NCBI GenBank assembly: GCA_041309605.1
Contig: JBFYZH010000061.1
Location: forward strand, 7,122 to 71,121
Length of the DNA stretch: 64,000 nucleotides
Direction: 5' to 3'
From: Candidatus Krumholzibacteriota bacterium
GTDB taxonomy: Bacteria > Krumholzibacteriota > Krumholzibacteriia > Krumholzibacteriales > Krumholzibacteriaceae
In this document: positions 29,247-39,414 of the stretch, one piece after another
Numbering within the stretch: position 1 is the first letter of the stretch
Layout: each line of letters begins with the position of its first letter
Program-made: the position numbers and the translations under genes
Notes under the pieces: model-generated
Database searches by the model: none
Told to the model about the DNA's origin: nothing
Seen by the model: only the letters and a program-made list of their open reading frames with translations

Positions 29247-30642
29247 TGCGTCCCCGTTCCTTCTCAATAATGTTGATCAGAGAAACAGCCTTTTCCTCCA
29301 TGTCGCCGAGAATCGCGTCCACGCGGCGCGCAAGCAATGTATGGATAAGCATGATCGGAATGGCGACTATTAGTCCAATTTCGGTCGTGACCAGCGCCTC
29401 GCTGATGCCGCCCGACATGAGCTTGGGGTCGCCGGTTCCGAACACTGTGATTACGTTGAATGTTTCGATCATTCCGGTAACCGTGCCGAGCAATCCCAGA
29501 AGCGGCGCGACGGCGGCGAAAACCGCCAGAGGCGACAACCCGCGTTCAAGCCGGGGCAGCTCCCGGAGAATCGCCTCCTGCAGAATGCTCTCGAGGGTTT
29601 CGCGGTCTTCGGAGCGCGACGCAAGGCCCGCCTCGATGACGTGATTGACGGGTGAATGTTCGCCCTTGTGCCTTTTTACGATCGCCTCGCATTCGTCCCA
29701 TTTGCCTTCGGAAGCGAGCATGTTGACGCGCGTCATGTACTTTCCGGTATTTCGCCTCACCCTGTCCAGGAATCGCAGCTTCAGAACTATGATGACAATC
29801 GCGACTGCGCCAAGAACTATGATCGGAGCCACTATCGGCCCCCCGGAACGCAGATGCTCCATCACGGTCTGTTTTCGCGAAAGCTGCCTCAGAGCCGATC
29901 CGCCCGACATGTCGAACGGGATGACCGGGGATTTTCCGTCGAAATAACGATTCAGCATCCGCCGGGCGAGGCGCGATGGAACTTCAGAAAGAGCGAAATA
30001 TTTTCTGCTGTCCGGCGAATATGTCAGGAACCCGACCTCATTGCCGTCGCGGTAAAACGCCGTGAACCGTCCGAGAGTCAGGATCGTGCCGGCGCGTTCG
30101 TCCCCACCCCTGCCGACGAACAATCCTTCCGTCATGGCAACCTGTCCCGAACGCGTGATTTCGTCGAAATACAAATCAGCCAGAGCCGAAAGATCGTCGA
30201 CGCTCGGTAAATGTCCCTGGGTCAGAAACGGATCGATTTTCTCCAGGCGGCCCGGTTCGAGTCCCGTCAGCGCCGACTGTTCGAGATATCCCCGAAGATC
30301 GCGCGCGGCCACAAGAACGTTTCCGGACAATTCCTTGAACTCGATCTCGCGCCGTGACCATTGTTCGGCCAGGTCCGCTCGCCTTTTATCCCGTTCCTCG
30401 AAGCGGCGTTCGATATTCTGAAGCTCCATTTCGAGTTCTTTCCAACGCGTCTCGAGGCTGTCGACCGTGCCTCGCAGTTTCCCGCGGTCGTTGAAGATCG
30501 ACTCTTCGACGTCCTGCGCGCGTTTCAGAGACGCCTCCCTGTCTTCGACAGCTTTTCGTGCGGCCTCGCGTGCGTCTTGCGCAACGGCATTCGTGGCGGT
30601 CAGAATGAAAACGGCTGTCAATGCGACTGCAATCCGATTCAT
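29230..30642 (-). CDS. TtpC-like protein: periplasmic coiled-coil domain plus ExbB-type channel domain
   Basis: Signal peptide, coiled coil, RLGRF-like motif (TLGRFTAFY), then AAVAPLLGLLGTVTGMIETF...GGISEALVTTEIGL. Confidence 0.87.
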   Translation of the reverse strand: MNRIAVALTAVFILTATNAVAQDAREAARKAVEDREASLKRAQDVEESIFNDRGKLRGTVDSLETRWKELEMELQNIERRFEERDKRRADLAEQWSRREIEFKELSGNVLVAARDLRGYLEQSALTGLEPGRLEKIDPFLTQGHLPSVDDLSALADLYFDEITRSGQVAMTEGLFVGRGGDERAGTILTLGRFTAFYRDGNEVGFLTYSPDSRKYFALSEVPSRLARRMLNRYFDGKSPVIPFDMSGGSALRQLSRKQTVMEHLRSGGPIVAPIIVLGAVAIVIIVLKLRFLDRVRRNTGKYMTRVNMLASEGKWDECEAIVKRHKGEHSPVNHVIEAGLASRSEDRETLESILQEAILRELPRLERGLSPLAVFAAVAPLLGLLGTVTGMIETFNVITVFGTGDPKLMSGGISEALVTTEIGLIVAIPIMLIHTLLARRVDAILGDMEEKAVSLINIIEKERGRNGASR

Positions 30643-31415
30643 GGACGTATCCTCCCGATGGGCAGGGTGATGATTTCGACCGGCCGCATCCGTGTCGCCA
30701 TATCCATGGCAAGCCCTATATCCCTGCGATAATTATCCGGCAACTCGATCCATCTGTTCGCCGCGCGGTCGTACTCCCCGATTCGTTCTCCGTCGGTCGT
30801 GCGCCAGAAGAGCGATATCCGTCCTATTCGCATGAGATCGACAAACAACGAATCGGAACCCAGAGCGATCCTTTCCTGCGTCACTTCCACGTTGTTTCCA
30901 TATCCAGTCTCGACCTGAAGCGCCTCGAGAAGCCTGCGAAGTTTCTCCGCGCCGCTTAAAGCAGGCTGGTTGAGATCCTCCTTCAGAGCTGCAAGTCGCC
31001 CTGTGCGCTCCGCCGGAAGAAATGGAAGGTCGGACCGCACCCGGCTCTCGAGCCCCCCGTATATCGTGTTGAGGGTGTCCGACAGACTATATTCGAGTCG
31101 TTTCGATTCCGTCAGGTTGCGCTCGAGCCCCGCGATCGCCGATTCGACGCCGGCGAGACGCTCCTCCGCGGCGCTTTTCTTCGGGCTTAAAAACTCTAAG
31201 GAGGCTTTCGCCGTTTTATAACGTGCAACCAGCTCCGCGCGTTCCGATGCCCATTGTTCCTGACGCTTCTGCGTTTCACGGTCGATGGTGATCGTGCTGT
31301 CGACCATTTTTTTCAGATCGGTTCCTTTCGACTGCGCCGCGGCTCCGCCTGTCACGGTCAAAGCCGCACCCGCGAACAAAACGACGGTTCCCGCCATCAA
31401 AATCCGGTATCTCAT
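30639..31415 (-). CDS. DUF3450-family (TtpB-like) protein
   Basis: Start reassigned to ATG 31415; DLPFLPAERTGRL, AEKLRRLLEALQVETGYG, VDLMRIGRISLFW.T.DG, IITLP. Confidence 0.85.
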   Translation of the reverse strand: MRYRILMAGTVVLFAGAALTVTGGAAAQSKGTDLKKMVDSTITIDRETQKRQEQWASERAELVARYKTAKASLEFLSPKKSAAEERLAGVESAIAGLERNLTESKRLEYSLSDTLNTIYGGLESRVRSDLPFLPAERTGRLAALKEDLNQPALSGAEKLRRLLEALQVETGYGNNVEVTQERIALGSDSLFVDLMRIGRISLFWRTTDGERIGEYDRAANRWIELPDNYRRDIGLAMDMATRMRPVEIITLPIGRIRP

Positions 31416-31584
31416 TTTCGGTTCCTTTCGAGTTCGGCTGCCCGGCCCCGGCGTTGCATTCCGCGCCCGGCACCCACCCGTTCCCGCATAAAACGATGCC
31501 CGTACATATCGACGAAAAATATGCCCTGGGATTGTTACCATTTTATGAAGCAAGGGTGAGAATTCTGTGAGGTCGGAAAAGTTT

Positions 31585-31613
31585 AAAAAAAAGCCCCGCC
31601 CGGGGGCGGAGCT
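31585..31613 (-). terminator. Rho-independent terminator
   Basis: Minus strand AGCTCCGCCCCCGGGCGGGGCT followed by a T8 run, 30 nt after the stop of 31643. Confidence 0.8.
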
Positions 31614-31642
31614 CTCCGCGTGACCGCGGTCTCTCTCTGCAA

Positions 31643-33346
31643 CTACCTTAGAAGAATCAACTTCTGCGTAGCTTCGAAACCGTTGCCGGAAAGACGGCAG
31701 AGGTAGACGCCTGAGGCCAGCTGGGGGGCGTTGAACGCGGTCTCATAGCTGCCGGCGGCCATATCCTTGTTAATAAGCGTTGCCACAGCCTTGCCCGCTA
31801 TATCGTACACCTTCAGCATTACGCGCCCGGCCGTCGGGACGTTGAACATTATGCGAGTTGCCGGGTTGAAAGGGTTCGGGTAGCTCTGCAACAGATTATG
31901 CACGACCGGAAGATCGTCGACGCCTGTCTGCACCGGATTGTAATCCGTCATCTGGGGATTGAAATTGGTCCAATCGCCCGTCCACTGCGCGTCGAACGAT
32001 ATCCCCGGCTCGAATGCGCCGCGGTAATCCACACTTGTGAAAAGCTCATTATTTACCCACTCTACAAGGACGGGATCCGTGAAGTCGGCCGAGCCATCCG
32101 GCTCTGAACCGTCTGCCGGAACGGGATCGGGATCGTTGATGTCCGTCATGTCGATGCCGACCGAAGTCAGGTATCTCGTCGTCGACAGCATGTTGCCGTA
32201 TCCCACCGTGTTGAACCACGCCAGCACGCCCGGAGTGATGGCGTCCGTCGAAGGCCAGCGCGTGTTGTCGTGAATGTGGGTCGAGCCGGAAGGAATCATG
32301 TGAGCCGTCATGCTTACATTGCGCCACTGGAGCACGTCGTCGTGTGCGGACTGTTTCGTGTAGTTGTCCCTCAGACTCAGCCCCCAGGGGTATCCGCCGA
32401 TGATCGAGTTGTAGATGCTGGTGCGCGTCGAACGGCGAAGAAGCGCGCCGTACTGATAGCGGTGTCCGACCGGCGGCCCGATGGTACTGTCGAGCTGGGG
32501 CCCTATGAGCGTTATGTTACAGAAAATCGGATGCGTATATGGTTCCGCAGTCGAAGTCGAGGATCCGTCATTGTCCGACTCGAAACCGTTGCTCTCGCCG
32601 GTCGGGTCCCACATGTACGGATCGCGCAGTCCGAACCCGAACTGCACTCCGCCGGCATATCCGAAATCGGTGTCGAACTCGTCGTCCGTGCCGCCGAAAG
32701 CGACAAGATGCGACGCGTTGACCGTTCCGCCGAACCACTCGTAGGAATCGTCGAAGGCATAGCTGACCTGCACATGATGTATCACGGTGCCGTCGCCGAC
32801 GGCGCCCATCGTGAGGCCGTTCACTTCGTTGTTGAGCTGAAAACGGTATCCGGCCCACTCGACTCGGACATAAGCGAGTACGCCGCTGGTGTCGTGCGGG
32901 TCCGAGCCGCCGTAGCTTCCGCCGATGATGCCGCCCTCGATAAGAGGCTCGACCTTGTTAACAGGCGCACGTCCCAGTAGGATGAGGCCGCCCCAATCCC
33001 CAGGATTGCGTTCGCCAGGCGCCTTGAGGCTCGTGAATACGATCGGGGCCTTTGGTATTCCATTGGCATAAATTCTCGCTCCCCTTTCGACGATAAGTGT
33101 GGCCGCGGTGTCTCCCATTACGATCGTTCCCGCGGGAATGGTAAGCGTATTAAGCGAATCCACGTAGTAGAGTCCCGTAAGCGTGTAAACCGTATCGGCC
33201 GAAAGGGTGCGGTCCCACGCCTGCGTGTAGACGGTGCGGCCGGAGTTCAGCCCCGGCCCGAGTATGGCCGTCGGCTTCTCGTACGCCAGAGCCGGTACAG
33301 CCGCGAGCATCGCAGCGGAAAGCAGCAGCACGATGCATTTCTTCAT
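31643..33346 (-). CDS. Secreted beta-helix-like protein with T9SS type-A-like C-terminal sorting domain
   Basis: Start ATG 33346 (MKKCIVLLL signal); PIVFTS...PGDWGGLILLGRAP, SGVLAYVRVEWAG, EVNGLTMGAVG.GT, DDSYEWFGGTV, YRGAF...WTGDWTNF; tail SYPNPFNPATRI...LASGVYLCRL...QKLILLR. Confidence 0.85.
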   Translation of the reverse strand: MKKCIVLLLSAAMLAAVPALAYEKPTAILGPGLNSGRTVYTQAWDRTLSADTVYTLTGLYYVDSLNTLTIPAGTIVMGDTAATLIVERGARIYANGIPKAPIVFTSLKAPGERNPGDWGGLILLGRAPVNKVEPLIEGGIIGGSYGGSDPHDTSGVLAYVRVEWAGYRFQLNNEVNGLTMGAVGDGTVIHHVQVSYAFDDSYEWFGGTVNASHLVAFGGTDDEFDTDFGYAGGVQFGFGLRDPYMWDPTGESNGFESDNDGSSTSTAEPYTHPIFCNITLIGPQLDSTIGPPVGHRYQYGALLRRSTRTSIYNSIIGGYPWGLSLRDNYTKQSAHDDVLQWRNVSMTAHMIPSGSTHIHDNTRWPSTDAITPGVLAWFNTVGYGNMLSTTRYLTSVGIDMTDINDPDPVPADGSEPDGSADFTDPVLVEWVNNELFTSVDYRGAFEPGISFDAQWTGDWTNFNPQMTDYNPVQTGVDDLPVVHNLLQSYPNPFNPATRIMFNVPTAGRVMLKVYDIAGKAVATLINKDMAAGSYETAFNAPQLASGVYLCRLSGNGFEATQKLILLR

Positions 33347-33583
33347 AACAAATTCCTCCTTGGTCAAGCCACACAAATACCCATAACATTCGCGTTTCGG
33401 GTGTAAAGGTCGGAGTACCAGAAACATGTGTCGAGCAAGTCACGGTTCTCCCGGGATATACCCCCTTGCGAATTAAGACCGATCCATGTGTTCCTCAAAT
33501 CACCCCCTTTCACAGGAAGAAATGCATCGTGCTGCCGCCGTATCCGTAGCAGAGATGTTTCTTCGAAGATCAAGACAGTCCCC

Positions 33584-36298
33584 CTAAAACATGTATGAAA
33601 ACGACAGCGAAATAACCGAGCTTCTGGAAAGGGTCGAATAAGTCTCCGCGAACGGACCGCTCGTGAAAGCCACATTTTTCCTCCCCAGATTTTTTACTGT
33701 AAACTTGACGTCGAGCCGGTCGCCGATACTCTGGTTGACGGCCAGATCGACGAGATCCCTGGATTCCTCGTACACGTCCTCGTCCCTCGTATCGCCGACA
33801 GCGTCGAGACGCCTGCCGAGCCTGTTATAAAGAATGTTGACGGAGGTGCCCCAGCGCAGCTCCGTATACATGAAAGACGCGTTCGCAGTCCAGGGAGCCT
33901 GTCCCTGCATCGGTCGCTCGGCGACGGTGACGATCTGCTCGCCCAGCTCGTTCGTTCTCGCGTCCTTGTACTCGATCCAGGAGTTAACGCGCGTATAGTT
34001 GCCCGCGATGGAAAAACGATCGAAAAACCGCCCGAGAAAACCGAGCGTCTTCCTGATTTCCAGCTCCCAACCGGTGTTTTTCCCCGTCGGCGAATTGAAC
34101 CATGTTCGCGTATACCGCTCGGGCGCAGGCATGAGTTTTTCCTCTATCGCGTCCTCGATGTCCTTATAGAACCAGCTGAACGCGATCAACTCCCCATCGC
34201 CGATGAAGGTTTCTATACGCGCGTCGTAATTGCGGATGGCCGCCCGCCTGAGATTGGGATTGCCCAGGACATTCTGAGTTTTGTCGAGATCGTAGTAGAG
34301 AACATTAGCCATCTCGCGAAACTCCGGGCGGTTTACGGAGCGGTTGTACGAAAGGCGGAGATTCAAGGATGGAACGGGGCTGAGCGTGAGGGCCGCGGAT
34401 GGAAGAAGGTCGGTCTTGTCGATTGCCGCCGTGAACGGCTCCGGATCGTCGATGGCCTTCACCGTGTTCACCTGCTGCCGCCAGTGCTCGCTTCGCGCGC
34501 CTCCGACGATTCTGAGCCGGAAGAGCTTCGTCTGAAAGGCGCGGTCGAGCATCGCGTACCAGGCGGCCAGACGCTGTGACGCATCGTATTCGCCTGTGAA
34601 AACGGTAACCGGCAGAAAAGTGAACATTTTTGATCCGTAATGCTCGGGCGAGAATACCGTTTCGATCGGAAGCACGAGAAGATCGTAATTCGGGGCGCGC
34701 ACGGTCGAAGGATCCGTGCTGTAGGCGTCGATGCCGAAGGTTCTTTCCCTGCCCTCGCCGAGCCATCCGGTTTTCGCCGTCGTTCCGCCTATCGGGACGG
34801 TGATGTCGACCCCCGCTCCCCGCGAAACCTCGTTGAGCCTCGACCATGTACGGTAGTTGTCCTTGAAGGTCCGCCAGACGCCCTCCTCGAATTCCACGTG
34901 CCTGCGGTCGGGCTCCGATGCTTTTGAATCGCCGTAATATCCCCGCCAGGCGACACCGATGTTCCGTACCCCGGAAAAAGTGTGATCGCCTGAAACCTGG
35001 AAAAGATAGAGCCTTCGCTGGTCCCACTCGATCGTCTGTCTCTCGGTGAACTCGCCTGACACAGGCAATCCGCTGGAAACGCTGATCTTTTCCTCGCCGG
35101 AACGAATGAAATTGTTGCGCAGGCTGAACTTGTGCGCCGAGGAAAGCCTGTAATTGAGGTTCAGCAGACCGCTCGACAGAACGGAATGCTGGAACCTCGT
35201 TCCTTCGAAACTAAAAAGCGGGAACCCCCGAAAGGTCGGTCGCTCGATAAAATCTACCGCCTGATAATTACTTCTGTACATTAGTGCGGCGATGTAACCG
35301 AGCTCGGACGAGCCGATCAGATGGTTATTGCCCGCTGTAAGGCTGTAGCTGGCGTTAAGGGGCGCTTTCAGTCCCCGAAGCGTCCAATTGTTAGGCAGAA
35401 CCCTTGCCAGATCGTTGCCTGTGACGCCGGCCGGCAGGTCTCTGCTCCCATCGTCATAACCAAGCCAGTCTTTTCCCCCACCCTGGGATGTAAAAAATCC
35501 CCTGGTCGACGCCTCATTATCGCAGGATGTGGACATCGACGCCTTGAGAAGCGGCTCTGACGGAAATTCGAGGGTCCGAATCTGCACGAGACCGCCGCTG
35601 AAATCCCCCGGAAGATCGGGTGTGGCCGCCTTGACGACCGAAGTCGCCGTAATAAGATTTGAAGGGATGATATCGAAGGTGAAACTTTTCCGGTCGCTGT
35701 CCGTGTCGGTGCTCGTGACGGCGACGCCGTCGAGCGACGTGGAATTATACCTGTCGGTCACGCCGCGGATGAAAACGAACTTGTTGTCCACTATGGAAAG
35801 ACCGGTGATGCGTTTGAGAATATCGCTCGACGAGGCGTCGGGGGACTTGGCGATCATCTCCACGCTGATGGCGTCCCCGATCGTCGCGGCGAGCTGCCGT
35901 TCGGCGAGTACCGCCGCTTCCGTCGAAAGAACCCTGTCCGCCGATACTATCATGTCGTCTATGCGATATTCGTTCAGGGAAGAGATCATAAGCCTGATTT
36001 CCACCTCGACAATGCCCCGTTCGCCGACAATGACGCCCTTCTCCATCTTCGTTTCGTAACCGTCGCACGTAATGCGAAGATCGTAGGTTCCGGCCGGCAC
36101 AAAGAGGATCTGGAAATCGCCGTCGAGATTGGTCGTGCCGCCGAGTCCCGTCCCGACGATCGATACCGTCGCGGCGGAGATCTTCTGCCCCGAGACGGCG
36201 TCAATGACTATGCCTCGAAGCGCGGTCGCGGAGGTCGTTCCATACGAAAGCGCGATTCCGAGAGTCAGGATCGTGGCGATTGCGAATGCTTTTTTCAT
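33584..36298 (-). CDS. TonB-dependent receptor with N-terminal carboxypeptidase-regulatory-like domain
   Basis: LRGIVIDAVSGQKISAATV...TTNLDGDF; plug DAISVEMIAKSPDASSSDILKRITGLSIVDNKFVFIRGVTDRYN; ends ISLSFSYMF. Confidence 0.93.
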   Translation of the reverse strand: MKKAFAIATILTLGIALSYGTTSATALRGIVIDAVSGQKISAATVSIVGTGLGGTTNLDGDFQILFVPAGTYDLRITCDGYETKMEKGVIVGERGIVEVEIRLMISSLNEYRIDDMIVSADRVLSTEAAVLAERQLAATIGDAISVEMIAKSPDASSSDILKRITGLSIVDNKFVFIRGVTDRYNSTSLDGVAVTSTDTDSDRKSFTFDIIPSNLITATSVVKAATPDLPGDFSGGLVQIRTLEFPSEPLLKASMSTSCDNEASTRGFFTSQGGGKDWLGYDDGSRDLPAGVTGNDLARVLPNNWTLRGLKAPLNASYSLTAGNNHLIGSSELGYIAALMYRSNYQAVDFIERPTFRGFPLFSFEGTRFQHSVLSSGLLNLNYRLSSAHKFSLRNNFIRSGEEKISVSSGLPVSGEFTERQTIEWDQRRLYLFQVSGDHTFSGVRNIGVAWRGYYGDSKASEPDRRHVEFEEGVWRTFKDNYRTWSRLNEVSRGAGVDITVPIGGTTAKTGWLGEGRERTFGIDAYSTDPSTVRAPNYDLLVLPIETVFSPEHYGSKMFTFLPVTVFTGEYDASQRLAAWYAMLDRAFQTKLFRLRIVGGARSEHWRQQVNTVKAIDDPEPFTAAIDKTDLLPSAALTLSPVPSLNLRLSYNRSVNRPEFREMANVLYYDLDKTQNVLGNPNLRRAAIRNYDARIETFIGDGELIAFSWFYKDIEDAIEEKLMPAPERYTRTWFNSPTGKNTGWELEIRKTLGFLGRFFDRFSIAGNYTRVNSWIEYKDARTNELGEQIVTVAERPMQGQAPWTANASFMYTELRWGTSVNILYNRLGRRLDAVGDTRDEDVYEESRDLVDLAVNQSIGDRLDVKFTVKNLGRKNVAFTSGPFAETYSTLSRSSVISLSFSYMF

Positions 36299-36550
36299 AA
36301 GTTCAGGCGGCCTTTCGAACGGCCCGCGAATCCGGTTTTCCCGGCAGAGAATCCCGCCGGCGTTTCTTTACGCTTGAAAATGTACCCGTGCGGTGTTCAG
36401 GGAATTTGAGGGAATAATTAGAATTTCATGTAGCGCCACGATTCATTGAAAGGCCGGGGTGGCTTTTGAGGTTCCGGCGACCCTGTAACCTTGCAGGTCC
36501 CCGGCAATTAATCAATTAATTCAATAATCCTCCCGGTGGAATCTTTGGGA

Positions 36551-38692
36551 TCATAGGGGCTGAGAAGTTTTTCTTCCAAAGTGAACGGCGACAACGGCGA
36601 TCCCCGCGATCAGAACGATGCCGGCTGCGGCCATGAAAACGGCTTTTGTACGGCGCCGGGCTGCGGCGGTCTCGTTACGCGCCTTAGCCTCCTCATTCAG
36701 CCGCGGAATCAGCGCTAGAGCGAAATCGAGGATCCTGTCTTCGGGCCGGGTGAACTCGTCGAATGACATTTTTACCTCGAAATCGGGGATGACGCCCCGT
36801 CCCCACGGGATGTCGGCCGCGCCTTTTTCCTCGAAGATCTCCTTGACGAGCGGGACGACGAGTTCAAGACCGGTATTGTCGAGGTTCACGCTGGCGAATT
36901 TAGTCGCGTTGAGCTGGTAGTAGGTGGAGCCTGTTTCCCTTCCGACGATCACACCCCGCCCGTGTTTGTGGGCGATCCCGGCGAAGATGGTCGAGGCCGA
37001 GATGGAGAACTCGTTCGTCAAAACGATCAGGCGGCCGCCGAAGTGAATGCTGTCGCAGGGGGCGACCTCCGTAAATTTCTCTGCCGGAAGATAAAATCCC
37101 TCCTTCCCTCCGACAGGCCGATATTCCGTGAACATCCCCCTGCTCTCCGGGCCGTAGTTGTAGCAATGTTTGAAAAAATCGTATGTGTCGTTCTTCATCA
37201 CCATGCTGCCGGTGGCGCCTCGAAACGGTTTATCGGCGAGAAGCGAAAAGATGAACGCCATCGCCTCCGGATCGCCGCCGGGATTGTCGCGAACGTCGAC
37301 AATCAGGTTGCCGACCTTCTCCCTCGATACATTCCTGATGAACGCTGCGATATCGTCGAGATCCTTCTCGTAAAGCTGAAAGGTGTTGATGTCGAGCATC
37401 GCCGTGGCCGAATCGATGCGGCTCGTCTCGAAATGCCCCTCGATGCGCGAGCCCCTGTTCCAGTCCGGCCTGAGCCGATCCTGGGGGATGCGCGCGTATA
37501 CCAGGGACCGTTCTGTCCCGTCGGAGAATCCGAGAACGAGCCCGCTCCCCTCCTTCTTCGCGGTGAGCGCCCCATAGTAGCGCCAGAAGGAGGAAAGCAT
37601 GAGCCTCTCCGACTGTGACTCTATATAGCCGTCCGTGCCATAGATAAGATTCTCCACCTCCGGGATCAATCCGGCCGCGTCGACTCCGTCTATCGTAGTC
37701 ACGGTTTTTCCGAGAAGGTCGGAGTGCTCTTCGGTCGCGCGAAACACCTTCACCTTGCCCCCCTCGAGACCGAAGAGAACCGGAGGCGCCGAATTGTCCG
37801 TGGAGGCGTACCTTCTCGCGAGAAGACCCGTGTGGCTGTCCCTGAGCGCATGCATGACCGGCAGAAGCTTCAGCCAGAAATCGCGCGAGGCGATCGGTTC
37901 GTCGATGCCGGCCAGACAGGCGTCGAAGATGCTGTCCATCCGCGCCTTCGGCGTGTAGTCGTACAGGCCGGGATGCCCCTCCTCAAGCGAGGCCCTGAAT
38001 ACGGCGAAATCCTCTTTCAGATCCTCCACCGGGTGCTTGTGCGTGAGATAATCGATCGTTTTGACGTCGGGCGGCAAATAAGAGCTCTTCAGGCCGAATA
38101 TCGACATCGGATCGGCCGGTTTCGTATTTATGCTTCTGCTGAAGTCGATGCAGGGCTGGTCTATTCCCCGGTAGGCGAACCCGACCTTCCCGAGGACCTC
38201 GCCCCTCCTGATTTCATATCCAGTCCTGAACGTTTTGACGGGCCTGAGACCCGATATAAAGTAGGTCTCGCCCTCGGCGACCTCGATTGCAATCGCAAGG
38301 CCGACGAATTTCGGGTCGACCTTCACTTTCATCCGCTCGCCGATCGACCGGGATATTTCCTCCCTTATCATGGCATCCCTGAAGACAAGGCTGTCGGGAT
38401 CGTCGACATTGAAAGTCATGCAGTATGTATGCGCCAGATAACAGGTGAAGTAGAAACTCGTGACAATGCCGTCGCGCGGAGCGAGGACATCGGTGCCTTC
38501 GCCCGCGTTTATGAAAAGGTCGGCAAAATTCAGTTCGCTCCCGATGTAGTCCTGCGGCTTGCAAACGATTCCCTCCCCCGCGGCCGCGCCTTCGATCGGC
38601 CAGAGGTCCTGTCCCTGCAGGCTTGCGGGTATGGCGAGGGCGATAAGGACCGCATGCAACGCGAAGATCGTTTTCGACATGGGCATGTTCAA
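36551..38692 (-). CDS. S41-family peptidase with N-terminal M23-like domain and C-terminal membrane anchor
   Basis: Signal peptide (starts at 38686 or 38680 also possible); DFAVFRASLEEGHPGLY, LRDSHT, LIVDVRDNPGG, VLTNEFSISASTIF, VGRETG, GRGVIPD; C-terminal TM followed by GRK. Confidence 0.82.
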   Translation of the reverse strand: MNMPMSKTIFALHAVLIALAIPASLQGQDLWPIEGAAAGEGIVCKPQDYIGSELNFADLFINAGEGTDVLAPRDGIVTSFYFTCYLAHTYCMTFNVDDPDSLVFRDAMIREEISRSIGERMKVKVDPKFVGLAIAIEVAEGETYFISGLRPVKTFRTGYEIRRGEVLGKVGFAYRGIDQPCIDFSRSINTKPADPMSIFGLKSSYLPPDVKTIDYLTHKHPVEDLKEDFAVFRASLEEGHPGLYDYTPKARMDSIFDACLAGIDEPIASRDFWLKLLPVMHALRDSHTGLLARRYASTDNSAPPVLFGLEGGKVKVFRATEEHSDLLGKTVTTIDGVDAAGLIPEVENLIYGTDGYIESQSERLMLSSFWRYYGALTAKKEGSGLVLGFSDGTERSLVYARIPQDRLRPDWNRGSRIEGHFETSRIDSATAMLDINTFQLYEKDLDDIAAFIRNVSREKVGNLIVDVRDNPGGDPEAMAFIFSLLADKPFRGATGSMVMKNDTYDFFKHCYNYGPESRGMFTEYRPVGGKEGFYLPAEKFTEVAPCDSIHFGGRLIVLTNEFSISASTIFAGIAHKHGRGVIVGRETGSTYYQLNATKFASVNLDNTGLELVVPLVKEIFEEKGAADIPWGRGVIPDFEVKMSFDEFTRPEDRILDFALALIPRLNEEAKARNETAAARRRTKAVFMAAAGIVLIAGIAVVAVHFGRKTSQPL

Positions 38693-38916
38693 CGATTCCT
38701 TTCCTCTCTCTGTGTTTTCTGAATATGGAATCCACCGGCGCTTCCTGAATTAAAACATGAACGCGGATTTGGTTCCAATTTGCCGGGCTGCAGGCCCGCA
38801 AGCCCCGGCTTGCCGATCCGGAAATACCGATTATATTTTGCTGGTCAACAGGCATGGCACCGCGAAATGATGAATTCAAATTCATCGGCGCGAGGCGCAA
38901 CGGCAGGGGGACGCAA

Positions 38917-39384
38917 TTGAACTATAAAATCTACGGCCTCATCACGATCCTGATGCATTTCGCGGGGCTCGCGATAGGTTTCGCGGCGATACTGCCATTC
39001 TCGACGCTCCACGCGATCGTCTACCTGATCCTGGTCGTAGCCACGACGCTGGGCCTTGTGTACTCCTTCTGCTCAAAATGCCCGTGTCACGAAAGGCAAT
39101 GCAGCCACGTAGTCCTCGGGCCCATCGCAAGAATCCTGCCGCGAAGAAAAGTCTGTAGGTACGAGGCCGCCGATTACTGGGGTCTCGGCGTATCGTTCTT
39201 CGCCCCGGCCGTCTATCAGGGTTACTGGATCTGGAAGCACGCGGTGCTGCCGTACGTTTTCTATTCGCTTTTCGCCGCGACGATCGCGCTGATACTTCTC
39301 AAGGTCTGTCCGCAATGTAAAAACGTCAATTGCCCGTTCAACCGCCATCCGCAAAATCCGAAGTATCGGCGGCCGGAGGGCTGA
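38917..39384 (+). CDS. Small Cys-rich membrane protein (hypothetical)
   Basis: Likely TTG start at 38917 after AGGGGG RBS; four hydrophobic segments; CSKCPC..RQCSH and CPQCKNVNCP motifs. Confidence 0.7.
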   Translation: MNYKIYGLITILMHFAGLAIGFAAILPFSTLHAIVYLILVVATTLGLVYSFCSKCPCHERQCSHVVLGPIARILPRRKVCRYEAADYWGLGVSFFAPAVYQGYWIWKHAVLPYVFYSLFAATIALILLKVCPQCKNVNCPFNRHPQNPKYRRPEG

Positions 39385-39414
39385 CGATACGATAGCGCTC
39401 GGGGCTCCCGCCCT

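Noticed and set aside
36395-36432. Possible Pho-like direct repeats upstream of the TonB2-associated TBDR
   Set aside because: Only weak, inconsistent half-site matches; cannot be supported by eye.
38769-38784. TTGGTTCCAATTTGC as a sigma-54 promoter
   Set aside because: GG-to-GC spacing is one base short of the strict -24/-12 requirement.
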